Positions 41,231 through 52,600 are shown, counted from the stretch's first letter. The stretch: DNA of 64,000 bases from an uncultured OCS116 cluster bacterium (GCA_902613795.1 CACMIP010000004.1:25862-89861), one strand, 5' to 3'. A program made the numbers and translations. Notes: a model not told the origin generated them from the sequence alone.

Positions 41231-42622
41231 CTAATATCTATAGTGATCTGGTTTAAATGGTCCATTATTTGGTACACCAATGTATTCGCTCTGTTCCTCG
41301 TTTAACTTAGTTAAGTTAACATTTAACTTTTTGAGATGCAGTGAGGCAACTTTTTCGTCAAGTTCCTTTGGTAGCATGTAAACTTTGTTTGTATATTTGT
41401 CTTTGTTATTGAAAAGTTCTATTTGAGCCAGTACTTGATTAGTGAAGGATGCACTCATTATAAAACTTGGATGTCCAGTAGCACAGCCAAGATTGACCAG
41501 TCTACCCTCAGCAAGCAAGATTATTTTTTTTCCATCAGGAAATTCTATTTCGTCGACTTGAGGTTTTACATTCACCCATTTTAAATTTTTTAATTTAGAT
41601 ACTTGTATCTCAGCATCAAAATGACCGATATTACAGACAATTGCTTTATCCTTCATTAATCTCATATGTTCAAGTGTTATTATATCTTTGTTGCCTGTTG
41701 CGGTTACAAAGATGTCAGCAATTTTTGACACTTCGTCAATAGTTCTCACTTCAAAACCCTCCAATGCCGCTTGCAGAGCACATATTGGGTCTATTTCGGT
41801 TACGACAACTCTGGCCCCGGCGGCTTTAAGTGAAGAAGCACAACCCTTGCCAACATCTCCATATCCGGCAACGACTGCAAGTTTGCCAGCAATCATCACA
41901 TCTGTTGCTCTTCTTATTCCGTCTATCAAGCTTTCACGGCAACCATAAAGATTATCAAACTTTGATTTTGTAACTGAATTATTAACATTTATTGCTGCAA
42001 ACGGTAGTGTGTTATCATTCTCCATCATTTTCAGTCGATTTACACCTGTGGTCGTTTCCTCGGTTACTCCAATAATTTGATCTTTTATTTTGGAAAACCA
42101 GTTCGGGCTTAAATCAGATCTTTTTTTTATCTGTTTGAATAGTACTTCCTCCTCCTCGTTTTGGGGGTTATCAATGACGCTCTTATTTTTTTCATACCTT
42201 GCACCGAGAATAATATAAATCGTAGCATCCCCACCATCATCTAATATCATGTTAGGATCACCATCTTCCCATTGAAATATTCTATCGACAAATTCCCAAT
42301 ATTCCTCAAGGCTTTCATTCTTGTACGCAAATACAGGAATCTCTTTCTTTGCCATAGCTGCCGCGGCATGATCTTGCGTCGAAAATATATTGCAAGAAGC
42401 CCATCTAACTTTTGCACCTAATTCAACAAGAGTTTCTATCAATACAGCTGTTTGTATTGTCATATGTAGACATCCAACAATTCGAGCTCCAGACAATGGT
42501 TTTTGTTCTTTATACTCATCAGTTAAAGCTACTAAACCCGGCATTTCATTCTTTGCGAGTTCTATTTCTTTATTGCCAAAATCTGCGAGTGAGATATCCT
42601 TTATTACAAAATCTTTAAACAT
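41231..42622 (-). CDS. ahcY: adenosylhomocysteinase
   Basis: [39 protein letters not shown]. Confidence 0.98.
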   Translation of the reverse strand: MFKDFVIKDISLADFGNKEIELAKNEMPGLVALTDEYKEQKPLSGARIVGCLHMTIQTAVLIETLVELGAKVRWASCNIFSTQDHAAAAMAKKEIPVFAYKNESLEEYWEFVDRIFQWEDGDPNMILDDGGDATIYIILGARYEKNKSVIDNPQNEEEEVLFKQIKKRSDLSPNWFSKIKDQIIGVTEETTTGVNRLKMMENDNTLPFAAINVNNSVTKSKFDNLYGCRESLIDGIRRATDVMIAGKLAVVAGYGDVGKGCASSLKAAGARVVVTEIDPICALQAALEGFEVRTIDEVSKIADIFVTATGNKDIITLEHMRLMKDKAIVCNIGHFDAEIQVSKLKNLKWVNVKPQVDEIEFPDGKKIILLAEGRLVNLGCATGHPSFIMSASFTNQVLAQIELFNNKDKYTNKVYMLPKELDEKVASLHLKKLNVNLTKLNEEQSEYIGVPNNGPFKPDHYRY

Positions 42623-42687
42623 TTTTTTTAGGTTGTTACATATAATTAAATATACAAATTTTATTTCTCTAAATGTTAATATATCAT

Positions 42688-44319
42688 TTATATATGTTTT
42701 GGTAGTTTAATTTTAAACCTTGTACCTTTGTTCTGGCCTAATTTGAAGTTTTTGACCGAGACCTCTCCATCATGGGACTCAACTATTTGTTTGACAATTG
42801 ATAGACCCAGCCCGGAATGTTTTTTTTCGTCCACTTTATTTGGCCTGTCTGTATAAAATCTATCAAATATACGATCTATTTTTGTCCCCATTATTCCTCC
42901 ACCTAAGTCTGAGACTTCTATATATATGTCATCCCTCTCATCTCTGAGGTTTACATCAATACTATCACCATCCTTTGAGAAAGATCGCGCGTTATCAAAT
43001 AAATTTATAAATACTTGATTTAGCCTATCTATATTTATCACCGAATATAGTTTGATACCTATCTCATCGTGATTAAGTTTGATCGGATTTGTTTTATACC
43101 TTGAATTTTGTAGCATTATTAAATCGTGAAGAAACTCATAAATATCTGTAATTTCTCTTTCCTCTACAGTCAGCGCGGTATCTAGCTTTGATGTCTCTGA
43201 GATATCAGAAATTAATCTATCAACTCTATCAATATCTTCTTGCATAATTCCAATAAGCTTTAATCTTTCGTTTTTATTTTTAATTACAGGAAATGCTTCT
43301 ATTGCACTCCTCAAAGATGTTAGGGGATTCCTCAATTCATGAGCCACGTCAGCAGAAAATTTTTCAATTGTATCTATCCTATTTAATAGTGTTACGGTCA
43401 TATTATTTAAAGCACCAGATAGATTTCCAATTTCATCATTTCTTTTAGTGAAGTCAGGTATTTTTCTTCTTATATTTAGGTTGTTGGTTAATTCATCAGC
43501 TGCATCAGCTAACTCTCTCATTGGCTTTGCAATTGTATTTGATAGTATCAATGATAGTATGATTGTGATTATTGACGCAATCATAAATACTTTCATTATT
43601 GCAGCGCGCTCTTCATAAATAATCATATCAATAGTACTGCTTTGTGTTGAAAGTACAAGGTATCCGACAATGGCCTTGAATTTAATAATGGGGACTGACA
43701 CATGAACAATAGCCTGGCCGCTCTGATTTTTATTCACAACAATATTTTTGCTACCATCTAAAGCATTTGCAACAACATTATAATCATTTGCATACTCAAG
43801 ATGTCGTATGCTGTCTAAACCGAAGAATCTGATAATTTTATTATATATTGACCAAAAAAGGCTTTCGTCTTCTATCTCTGATATTGGAAATATTGCAACT
43901 TTCTGCTCTAAAAAAAATTGATTAGACTCATGGATAAGTTTGTTATTTGAGTCATAAATTTTTGCGTTTAGGGTTTTAGGGTCAATAAGTTGTCCAATAA
44001 TGCTTTCTAAAAGTTTTTTGTTAATTGTATAATTCCGGTATTTGATCACTCTTTGATCAAAGCCATTACCATTTGCTATATTTCGATCAAATACAAATAA
44101 ATTGGTATCTTTGCTAGATGTTGCACTTGCTGAAATTGTGGCGGAGATAATTTCGCTCTGTGTCTCAAGAGCATCAACTTTCGACTCAATTAAGCTTTGC
44201 CTGAATTGATTTAAATATAAAATACCTACCAACAATAATATTAAAGCGAGTAGATTCAATAATAGTATTCTGGCTGATAAGCTTAAGCGGGTGTTTTGAA
44301 TAATTTTAATTATTCTCAT
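42688..44319 (-). CDS. chvG: sensor histidine kinase ChvG/ExoS
   Basis: [50 protein letters not shown]. Confidence 0.9.
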   Translation of the reverse strand: MRIIKIIQNTRLSLSARILLLNLLALILLLVGILYLNQFRQSLIESKVDALETQSEIISATISASATSSKDTNLFVFDRNIANGNGFDQRVIKYRNYTINKKLLESIIGQLIDPKTLNAKIYDSNNKLIHESNQFFLEQKVAIFPISEIEDESLFWSIYNKIIRFFGLDSIRHLEYANDYNVVANALDGSKNIVVNKNQSGQAIVHVSVPIIKFKAIVGYLVLSTQSSTIDMIIYEERAAIMKVFMIASIITIILSLILSNTIAKPMRELADAADELTNNLNIRRKIPDFTKRNDEIGNLSGALNNMTVTLLNRIDTIEKFSADVAHELRNPLTSLRSAIEAFPVIKNKNERLKLIGIMQEDIDRVDRLISDISETSKLDTALTVEEREITDIYEFLHDLIMLQNSRYKTNPIKLNHDEIGIKLYSVINIDRLNQVFINLFDNARSFSKDGDSIDVNLRDERDDIYIEVSDLGGGIMGTKIDRIFDRFYTDRPNKVDEKKHSGLGLSIVKQIVESHDGEVSVKNFKLGQNKGTRFKIKLPKHI

Positions 44320-44339
44320 AATTGTAGCACTTGTTTATA

Positions 44340-45017
44340 TTATTGTATTTTATAGCCAACGCCATATATCGTCTTTATCAGATCAAATTGTGGATCTACT
44401 GATATAAATTTTTTTCTTATCCTTTTTATATGGCTGTCAATTACACGATCTTCTTTACTCAACGTTTCATTAAAGGCCTCATTTATAAGATCATCACGAG
44501 TTTTTATAGTTCCTGGTCTTCCCATTAATGTGCTTAATATTGAAAACTCTGTAGATGTTAGCTCAATCGAATTATCTTTCCAATTACATAACATCGATTG
44601 TTTGTCGAGAGACAAATGGCCAAGTTCAACTCTTGTAGTTTCTTTTTGAACTTTTTTTGTAGATCTTCTCAAGATAGATTTTATTCTCTCAACCAGTAAT
44701 TTATGCGAGAATGGTTTTCTGATATAATCATCGGCACCAATCCTCAGACCAATCAGTTCATCCATTTCACTATCTTTCGACGTCAAAAATATAATTGGTA
44801 TATTACTGAATTTTCTTACCCTTGTGAAAACCTCAAGTCCATCAATTCTTGGCATTTTAATGTCGAGTAAAACAATTTCGGCTCCGTTATCTTTTATGTA
44901 ATCGATAGCTTCAAGACCGTCTGTAAATGCTTCAATAGCAAAACCTGCCGACTTTAATACCATTTCAAGCGACGTAAGAATATTTTGGTCGTCATCAATC
45001 AGTATAATTTTCTGCAT
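44340..45017 (-). CDS. chvI: OmpR-family response regulator ChvI
   Basis: DDD.NILTS, LDIKMP, FLTSKD.E.DE, DR.IDSHIKR.RKKF, YGVGY; divergent from pckA. Confidence 0.93.
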   Translation of the reverse strand: MQKIILIDDDQNILTSLEMVLKSAGFAIEAFTDGLEAIDYIKDNGAEIVLLDIKMPRIDGLEVFTRVRKFSNIPIIFLTSKDSEMDELIGLRIGADDYIRKPFSHKLLVERIKSILRRSTKKVQKETTRVELGHLSLDKQSMLCNWKDNSIELTSTEFSILSTLMGRPGTIKTRDDLINEAFNETLSKEDRVIDSHIKRIRKKFISVDPQFDLIKTIYGVGYKIQ

Positions 45018-45114
45018 ATCTAATTTATCTTCATTGACTGCTTCGGAATAAGCATTATATTAACTTAGATTGAGTAAATATCAAAAATTATAATTCAATC
45101 ATGGGAGAAGACTT

Positions 45115-46686
45115 TTGGCTGATTATAAGACATACTTGGCTAAAGCAAAAAAAATACACTACAATAACTCAGCCTCACAGCTCATACAACTTGCCGCTGA
45201 GTTGAATGAGGGTATTCTTACCATTGATGGTTCTTTTTCGGTAAATACGGGGAAGCATACTGGTAGATCGCCAAAGGATAAGCATATAATTGCTGATAAC
45301 GAGACTGAGGATAATGTCTGGTGGGGCAATAATGCAAGAATTAAAAGAGAGGATTTCAATCTTCTCGAGAGTGATATGCTCTCCCACATGCAAGGTAAAG
45401 AACTGTTTATTCAAGACTTGCACGCCGGAACAGATCCAAGCGAGAAAATAAAAGTAAGAGTTATCACTGAATTTGCTTGGCAGGCTCTATTTATTCAGCA
45501 TTTACTCATTTTACCTGAAAATATTGAACAGCAGGATTTTAAAGAAGATCTTTTGATAATTGATCTACCATCATTCAAAACTGATCCTGATAAATACGGT
45601 GTGCGTACAGATACAACTATAGCATGTGACTTTACAAATAATAAGATACTAATCGCAGGAACTTATTATGCGGGTGAAATAAAAAAATCAGTCTTTACTT
45701 ACTTCAACTATACATTACCACCAAAAGGCATATTTCCAATGCACTGCTCAGCAAATAGTGACCCAGAAGGTGAAAATACAGCAATATTTTTCGGATTATC
45801 AGGAACAGGAAAAACAACATTATCTGCAGATCCAGAACGGCTTTTAGTTGGTGATGATGAGCATGGATGGTCAAACAAAGGAGTATTTAATTTTGAGGAT
45901 GGATCTTACGCAAAGGCCATTAATTTATCAAAAGATGCTGAGCCACAGATTTATAATGCTGTAAGGAGATCAACAACAGTATTGGAGAATGTGGTTGTAG
46001 ATGAGGATACTGGTGAACTAGATTTTAATGATGGAAGTTTGACAGAAAATACTAGAGCTGCATTTCCAATGTCTTTTGTCGGGGAGAATGTATCGAAAGA
46101 CGGCATGGCGGGCACGCCAACAAATATTGTAATGCTGACTTGTGATGCCTTTGGTGTAATGCCTCCAATTTCAAGATTGGACTCAAACCAGGCCGTATAT
46201 CATTTTTTATCAGGGTATACTGCAAAGGTTGCTGGAACTGAAAGAGGCGTTATCGATCCGTCTGCGACTTTTTCAACATGTTTCGCTGCCCCATTTTTAC
46301 CTCGACACCCTATTGTTTATGGCCGGTTATTAAAAGAGTATATGGAAAGATATAATGTCCGAACGTGGCTGATTAATACTGGATGGAGTGGCGGTCCAGC
46401 GGGTATCGGTCACAGAATGCCAATCCAGCTTACAAGAAGTTTATTAAAAGCAGCGCTTAATGATGACCTAGATAATGCCGAAATGAGGCAGGATAAATAT
46501 TTTAAGTTAATGGTACCTCTCTCGATAAATGGTGATAGCAGTTACTTGAATCCAATAGATACATGGTCAAATAAAGATGACTTTGATATACAGGCAAAGA
46601 AATTAGTTGAGATGTTTGTTGAAAATTTCAAAAGATTCCAAAACGAGGTGGACGATGACATCATTAATGCAGGTCCCTCAAATTAA
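45115..46686 (+). CDS. pckA: PEP carboxykinase (ATP)
   Basis: TGRSPKDK, YAGEIKKS, FFGLSGTGKTTLS, GDDEHGW. Confidence 0.98.
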   Translation: MADYKTYLAKAKKIHYNNSASQLIQLAAELNEGILTIDGSFSVNTGKHTGRSPKDKHIIADNETEDNVWWGNNARIKREDFNLLESDMLSHMQGKELFIQDLHAGTDPSEKIKVRVITEFAWQALFIQHLLILPENIEQQDFKEDLLIIDLPSFKTDPDKYGVRTDTTIACDFTNNKILIAGTYYAGEIKKSVFTYFNYTLPPKGIFPMHCSANSDPEGENTAIFFGLSGTGKTTLSADPERLLVGDDEHGWSNKGVFNFEDGSYAKAINLSKDAEPQIYNAVRRSTTVLENVVVDEDTGELDFNDGSLTENTRAAFPMSFVGENVSKDGMAGTPTNIVMLTCDAFGVMPPISRLDSNQAVYHFLSGYTAKVAGTERGVIDPSATFSTCFAAPFLPRHPIVYGRLLKEYMERYNVRTWLINTGWSGGPAGIGHRMPIQLTRSLLKAALNDDLDNAEMRQDKYFKLMVPLSINGDSSYLNPIDTWSNKDDFDIQAKKLVEMFVENFKRFQNEVDDDIINAGPSN

Positions 46687-46690
46687 TTAA

Positions 46691-49468
46691 TTATGCAGAA
46701 TCCCAGCTGTTTGAAATTTTTGTGTCAACTTTAAGCGGAACTTTGAAATCGATCAACGGCAGAGCTGCACTTTCCATATTACTTATTACAATATTCTTCA
46801 TTTCTTCAATTTCATCGTCTGGCACTTCAAATACAAGTTCATCATGAATTTGTAAGATCATTTTTGATTTCACCTCTTTTTCTGTCATAGTTTTAGAAAT
46901 CCGAACCATAGCCCTTTTGATTATATCAGCTGCTGTTCCCTGAATTGGCGCATTTATTGCAGCCCTCTCGTTGAAGGATCTAATTGGATGATTTTTGGAG
47001 TTTATATCTGGGAAATAACACCTTCTCCCAAAAATTGTTTTTACATGTTCGTTTGTTCTAGCGAATTCAATTGTGGAGTCCATATATTCTCTTATTCCTG
47101 GAAACCTACTGAAATAATCACTTATAAATTGCTGCGCATCTTTTCTTTGTATTTTAAGCTGCTTTGAAAGTCCAAAAGCGGATATTCCATATATTATTCC
47201 AAAATTTATAGCCTTAGCGCTGTACCTCATTTTCTCTGTAACCTCATTTAAGGGGGTAGCAAATATTGTTGATGCTGTCATTTGATGTATATCAAGATCT
47301 TCTAAAAAAGCATTTTGAAGCTGTTGAATATTTGCTACATGCGATAATACACGTAATTCAATTTGACTATAATCTGCAGACAAAAATGTTCGCCCTTTTT
47401 CGGCTATAAACGCAGATCTGATTAGCTTGCCTTCGTTTGTTCTGATTGGTATATTTTGCAAATTAGGGTTAGATGATGATAGGCGGCCTGTAGAGGTAAG
47501 TGCTTGAGAGAATTTAGTATGTACACGTCCTGATGATTGATCTATAAAATTTGGAAGGCTATCAGTATAAGTTGTTTTTAATTTATTAAGTTGGCGCCAT
47601 TCAATAATTTCATCAGCAATTGTATGCCCGATAGCCGAGAGATCTTCGAGGATATCGATCCCGGTTGCCCATGTGCCGCTTTTTGTTTTTTTTCCTCCGC
47701 TGAGACCAAGACTCTCGAAAAGTATCTCGCCAAGTTGTTTTGGACTTGCAATATTAAATTCACTCCCAGCTAAGTTATAAATATTTTGCTCAATTTTCTT
47801 AATTTTCTGACCAAATTCTTCTGAAAGTTCAGATAATATGATTCGATCAGCTTTGATACCATTTTTTTCAATTTCACAAAGCACGCTTATTAGAGGTTTC
47901 TCAACTAACTCATACATTTGTATTAAGTCAAAATCTAGCAGGTAGAGTCTGAGATATTTCCATAAATCGAAAATTATGGAAGCCCTATCTGAACATGATA
48001 TATTTATTTTCTGATCACTGCCTACCCCATCACTTCCAATACCAATTTGAGTTTTAATTTGTTCTTTGTAGGCAATAGTGAGAGTATTCAGATCATTTTT
48101 TAATTTACCATTATTTATCACATACGACATCAAAGACACATCATCAAATGACTTGACAGTAATTTTATAGCTACTAAGAATTGGCAAAATATTTTTCAGG
48201 TCAAAAAAGATTTTTTTTATAGTCTCATCAGCCATAAAAGGATTAATTTTTTCAATTAGATCTAGAATAGATGGCCTACCATCTTTATTTTCGTCATCAC
48301 TAAGATAGTATGTATGCATACCAGTTGAAATAGAGACATCTATGATTTCACTATCATTTATTTCAAAATCAATACAAAAAGCTTCTGAAGATGCGATTTC
48401 ATTTGCTAGTTCTTCTAGTAAATTAACTGAATGTATTTCAATATTTGACTCTCTGCCTTGTTTTTTACTTCCTGTTGAGTCGTGATTACTTGATTGTGGT
48501 GTTGTATTTGTCAAAGTAGTATTATTTGAGATTATATTTTCTGGTCCCTCTTTTGAGAACCAATTATTTATGCGATTTGAAAGGTTAGAGAGTTCCATTT
48601 CGTTTGAGAATGAAATGATTTTATCATAATCAAGCTGTTGATTGTATAAGTCATCAATATCAATCTCGATTGGTGAAGATGACTCTAGCAATGCTAGTCG
48701 ATAAGAGATACGCGCATCTTCAGCATGATTTATAAGATTTTCCCTCCTTTTATTTTGCTTTATGTTCCTGGCGTTCGATAATAAATTCTCAAGTGAGTGG
48801 TATTCATTGATTAGTTCAGATGCAATTTTGATCCCAATACCAGGGACGCCGGGTATGTTATCTGTAGAGTCTCCAGCTAAAGCTTGAACATCGACGACTT
48901 TGTCTGGGTTTACTCCAAACTTATCTCGCACGCCATTGGTATCAATAAATCGTTCTTTTCCGGGCATAGGATCATACATTCTTACATTGTTATTGATCAG
49001 TTGCATAAGATCTTTATCGCCTGAAATTATGACAGTCTTGGCATCTCTTTCGGATGCAATTTTGGAGTAGGTTGCAATAAGGTCATCAGCCTCATATCCA
49101 ATTTGTGATATACACTTTATATTGAATGCCTCAACAGCTTGGTGAATAAGAGGAAATTGAGGGATTAAGTCTTCAGGAGGAGCATCTCTATTAGCTTTGT
49201 ATGATGGATAAATATCACTTCTGAATGTTTTCTCTTTAGTATCAAAAATGACCGCGATATGAGATGGATGCATTCCATCTATTCCATTTGTTATAATTTT
49301 CCACATCATATTACAAAACGCCATAACAGCACCCGTGGGTGTACCATCAGATCTTGTAAAACCACTACCTCTGCTCTGGGACGCTTTATACATTGCAAAA
49401 TATGCTCTAAATATAAAAGTTGAACCGTCGATTAAAAATAAGGTAGAATTAGAGTTGATCTTTGACAT
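46691..49468 (-). CDS. polA: DNA polymerase I
   Basis: LIDGS..FRAY, GDSTDNIPG, TGRLSS.NPNLQNIP, ADYSQIELR, KAINFGIIYG, QIHDEL. Confidence 0.98.
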   Translation of the reverse strand: MSKINSNSTLFLIDGSTFIFRAYFAMYKASQSRGSGFTRSDGTPTGAVMAFCNMMWKIITNGIDGMHPSHIAVIFDTKEKTFRSDIYPSYKANRDAPPEDLIPQFPLIHQAVEAFNIKCISQIGYEADDLIATYSKIASERDAKTVIISGDKDLMQLINNNVRMYDPMPGKERFIDTNGVRDKFGVNPDKVVDVQALAGDSTDNIPGVPGIGIKIASELINEYHSLENLLSNARNIKQNKRRENLINHAEDARISYRLALLESSSPIEIDIDDLYNQQLDYDKIISFSNEMELSNLSNRINNWFSKEGPENIISNNTTLTNTTPQSSNHDSTGSKKQGRESNIEIHSVNLLEELANEIASSEAFCIDFEINDSEIIDVSISTGMHTYYLSDDENKDGRPSILDLIEKINPFMADETIKKIFFDLKNILPILSSYKITVKSFDDVSLMSYVINNGKLKNDLNTLTIAYKEQIKTQIGIGSDGVGSDQKINISCSDRASIIFDLWKYLRLYLLDFDLIQMYELVEKPLISVLCEIEKNGIKADRIILSELSEEFGQKIKKIEQNIYNLAGSEFNIASPKQLGEILFESLGLSGGKKTKSGTWATGIDILEDLSAIGHTIADEIIEWRQLNKLKTTYTDSLPNFIDQSSGRVHTKFSQALTSTGRLSSSNPNLQNIPIRTNEGKLIRSAFIAEKGRTFLSADYSQIELRVLSHVANIQQLQNAFLEDLDIHQMTASTIFATPLNEVTEKMRYSAKAINFGIIYGISAFGLSKQLKIQRKDAQQFISDYFSRFPGIREYMDSTIEFARTNEHVKTIFGRRCYFPDINSKNHPIRSFNERAAINAPIQGTAADIIKRAMVRISKTMTEKEVKSKMILQIHDELVFEVPDDEIEEMKNIVISNMESAALPLIDFKVPLKVDTKISNSWDSA

Positions 49469-49563
49469 TTGGTTTAATTTGATAATAAATATTTATTAGT
49501 AATTTAACAGTTATAAGATTACTACGACTTATAAAAAATCAAAACGAAAATAAATCTTTATCA

Positions 49564-50514
49564 ATGAATCAAACACCAGAATATGCAATTGAAACAAATC
49601 TTCTAAATAAGATTTATCAGCGAAATAACAAAAAATTAGCGAAGCACGCTTTAGTTGATTTCACGATAAAAATTGAGACGGGGCAAATATATGGCCTGCT
49701 TGGGCCAAATGGTGCAGGTAAATCAACGTTTATAAATGTATTAGCAAATCTTGTAGTTAAAACGTCAGGAACTGTAAAAATTTTAGGGTTTGATATTGAA
49801 AAAGAAAAAAGAAAAGCAAGGTCAGCAATTGGCATCGTGCCTCAAGAGTTAAACCTTGACCCATTTTTTAAACCAGTTGAAGTGCTTGAAACGCAAGCAG
49901 GTTTGTACGGTATTCCAAAAAAAGATCGTGACTCAATGGGCCTTTTAAGGATATTGGGGCTAGAAGATCAGGCGTATTCATATTCAAGAACTCTATCCGG
50001 TGGGATGAGAAGGAGACTTTTGATTGCAAAAGCGCTAACGCATAAACCAAGGGTTCTCGTGCTTGATGAGCCAACCGCAGGTGTCGATATTGAGTTGCGT
50101 CATCAACTATGGGATTTCGTTAGAGAGCTAAATAGTAAAGGAACAACTATATTATTGACGACACATTATTTGGAGGAGGCCCAGTCGCTTTGTGATCATA
50201 TAGGCATAATCAATAAGGGGCGTCTTGTTGCTAACGCTCCAACAAAAGACCTTCTCGATAGTCTTGATAGAAAGCAAATATCAATAAAAGCCGATGTTAA
50301 GCAAAAGGATATAAATATCCAAATAGATGGAGTTATTAGCGTAGAAAAAAGCCAAGATGGTTATATTGATATTACATATCAACCAAGTAAAACAAATTTC
50401 TTCGATATTTTGCAGCAACTTGAAAATCAAAATATATCCATAGTTGATATAATTTCAAAAGAAACCGACCTGGAGGATATTTTTCTTGAATTTATAAGGG
50501 GGAATAAAAAATAG
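49564..50514 (+). CDS. ABC-2 type transporter ATP-binding protein (YadG-like)
   Basis: GPNGAGKST, LSGGMRRR, LDEPTAGVD, TTHYLEEA; no adjacent permease. Confidence 0.92.
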   Translation: MNQTPEYAIETNLLNKIYQRNNKKLAKHALVDFTIKIETGQIYGLLGPNGAGKSTFINVLANLVVKTSGTVKILGFDIEKEKRKARSAIGIVPQELNLDPFFKPVEVLETQAGLYGIPKKDRDSMGLLRILGLEDQAYSYSRTLSGGMRRRLLIAKALTHKPRVLVLDEPTAGVDIELRHQLWDFVRELNSKGTTILLTTHYLEEAQSLCDHIGIINKGRLVANAPTKDLLDSLDRKQISIKADVKQKDINIQIDGVISVEKSQDGYIDITYQPSKTNFFDILQQLENQNISIVDIISKETDLEDIFLEFIRGNKK

Positions 50515-50546
50515 GGACTAAATATAACACATCAGCCCCTATTTTT
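50507..50546. terminator. bidirectional terminator-like inverted repeat
   Basis: AAAAATAGGG ... CCCTATTTTT between convergent genes. Confidence 0.55.
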
Positions 50547-50561
50547 ATTTTATGAAATTAA

Positions 50562-50777
50562 CTATTTTAATTGGTCAACAACAATTAATGCTGCGATAAC
50601 ACCAATTAGACCAGCACCTGAAAATTGATTTATTAGATCAATCAGGTTTCCTGCTACGTCAGCGTTAATGAATGCTAATGCATCTGGGAAAAGGATTTGC
50701 AAAACAACTCCCAATCCAACTAAAACCAACGCAACGTCAATGCCACTTCTGAGCATGCCAGTTAATGATGAAAACAT
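50562..50777 (-). CDS. small membrane protein of unknown function (paralog B)
   Basis: 71 aa; RBS gggaga before ATG 50777; LQILF..DV.GN..QF..GL.G.IAA. Confidence 0.75.
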   Translation of the reverse strand: MFSSLTGMLRSGIDVALVLVGLGVVLQILFPDALAFINADVAGNLIDLINQFSGAGLIGVIAALIVVDQLK

Positions 50778-50871
50778 GTTATTTCTCCCATTTGTTATAA
50801 AAAAGTTTAACAAAATTTACAGTGCCTAAAATAGACGAAACACCATAAATCCCTTTATTATAGTGCTTGAG

Positions 50872-51105
50872 CTATTTCCGGCTAATCAAGTACGCGACGA
50901 GACCAGCGGCTATAAGTCCAACAAGTCCTTCGCTACCAAATTGTGCCATGAGTCCACCAATGTTACCCAATACATCAATTCCGAATAATAATACAAAACT
51001 ATCACCAAACAGAACCTGAAGCAGAGTAAGCAGTGCTACCGCCCAAAGCGCTATTTCAAGAGAGCTCTTAAGAACACCTCTCAATTTGTCTAATAAAGCT
51101 GTCAT
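50872..51105 (-). CDS. small membrane protein of unknown function (paralog A)
   Basis: 77 aa; RBS gggaga before ATG 51105; LQVLF..DV.GN..QF..GL.G.IAA. Confidence 0.75.
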   Translation of the reverse strand: MTALLDKLRGVLKSSLEIALWAVALLTLLQVLFGDSFVLLFGIDVLGNIGGLMAQFGSEGLVGLIAAGLVAYLISRK

Positions 51106-51373
51106 AACTTCTCCCATCTTTATTTTCTATTTTTTAGCGTTTAAACTTAGTAAATAGAATCACTATTTAAAGTCTAAGTGTGCTGAAAAAATAGTCAAGT
51201 GATTAAAAATTTATCACTTTGCCAATATTTTAGTAGCCAAATGGTTGATAAAACCTTAATTATGATCTAATTGTTTGGGATAATTTTAAGCAAAGGAAGA
51301 GTACTTTTTTTGATGATTATAAATAAATTAAAAAAAATTTATCTAAAACTTTCAATTTTAATCAGAGCAAATA

Positions 51374-52216
51374 ATGAATAATGATAAGAAAAGTATTTTA
51401 ATTACTGGGTCCTCAAGTGGTATAGGTCTGGCTGTAGCAAAGGATTTAAGTAAATTGGGTTGGAATGTTATAGCTTCCTGCCGTAAAGAGGAGGATTGTA
51501 AAATATTAGAAGATAGATACGGTCTCTCTAGTACTCTCATTGATTACGATAATCAGAAATCTATTCTATTAGGGCTGGAATATACATTAGAAAAAACGAA
51601 TGGCAAGATTGATGTTTTATTTAATAATGGGGCCTACGGACTACCTGCTTTAGTTGAAGATATTCCTGTGGATTCTTTAAGAGGTATCTTTGAAACCAAT
51701 TTTTTTGGGTGGCATTCGCTCACAAAAGAAATTATCCCACATATGAAAGTAAATGGCTCAGGTCGGATAATCCAGAACTCGTCAATTTTAGGCTTTATGG
51801 CACTAAGATATCGTGGCGCCTATACAGCAACAAAATATGCGATTGAAGCCATGTCAGATACTCTCAGATTAGAAATAAAAGATGACAATATAAAAGTAAT
51901 AATAATACAACCGGGTCCAATTACGACTAAGTTTCGAGAAAATAGCTACATTCGCTTTAAAGAGTCTATAGATTGGCAGGGGTCTGATTATAAATCAATT
52001 TATGTAAATAAAATAATTCCAAGGTTAGAATCAAAGAAAATAAAGAAAACTACATTTGAGCTATTACCAAATGCTGTTAGTAAAGCAGTTATACACGCTT
52101 GTACAGCGCGTAATCCACGTATAAGATACAGAATTACTTGGGCAACAGTGATAATGATGTATTTGAAAAGGTTTTTGACAGATAATCTATTTGATAGAAT
52201 TTCATCGAAGCTGTAG
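51374..52216 (+). CDS. SDR oxidoreductase (YbbO-like)
   Basis: ITGSSSGIG, FNNGAYG, Y.ATK, PGPI.T.F. Confidence 0.92.
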   Translation: MNNDKKSILITGSSSGIGLAVAKDLSKLGWNVIASCRKEEDCKILEDRYGLSSTLIDYDNQKSILLGLEYTLEKTNGKIDVLFNNGAYGLPALVEDIPVDSLRGIFETNFFGWHSLTKEIIPHMKVNGSGRIIQNSSILGFMALRYRGAYTATKYAIEAMSDTLRLEIKDDNIKVIIIQPGPITTKFRENSYIRFKESIDWQGSDYKSIYVNKIIPRLESKKIKKTTFELLPNAVSKAVIHACTARNPRIRYRITWATVIMMYLKRFLTDNLFDRISSKL

Positions 52217-52252
52217 ATATTGTGACCCTAGCTAATTTGAATTTTGTATTTC

Positions 52253-52329
52253 GCACCCGTAGCTCAGCTGGATAGAGTAGGTGGCTTCGAACCACTTGGT
52301 CGGGAGTTCGAATCTCTCCGGGTGCGCCA
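52253..52329 (+). tRNA. tRNA-Arg(TCG)
   Basis: GCACCCGTAGCTCAGCTGGATAGAGTA-GGTGG CTTCGAA CCACT-..GTTCGAATC..GGGTGCGCCA; A20 Arg identity element. Confidence 0.93.
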
Positions 52330-52336
52330 TAATAAC

Positions 52337-52600
52337 TCAGGGTTTTAGTTTATGCAGGGCAATGCTTAATAGTATGAGTATGAAAAGAATAATTTGTCCA
52401 TTAACATATATTTGATAGAATTTATCAGACTCATTCCATAATGCATATGTCCAATAGGTATTCGAGATTAGGGGTAGACTTGCACTGAGTACTCCAACTA
52501 CAAACCCATTTTTTACAAATGCGATCCCAACCGTAAGCAGATAAGAAATAATCCCCAACAAAACAGTTAATCTTATTAATAATTCATATATTAGTTTCAT
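52337..52600 (-). CDS. small hypothetical membrane protein
   Basis: 87 aa, about 3 hydrophobic segments; ends 7 bp from the tRNA 3' end. Confidence 0.55.
   Translation of the reverse strand: MKLIYELLIRLTVLLGIISYLLTVGIAFVKNGFVVGVLSASLPLISNTYWTYALWNESDKFYQIYVNGQIILFILILLSIALHKLKP

Noticed and set aside
42623-42687. Possible SAH/SAM riboswitch upstream of ahcY
   Set aside because: Only 65 bp of very AT-rich sequence with no recognisable stems or consensus.
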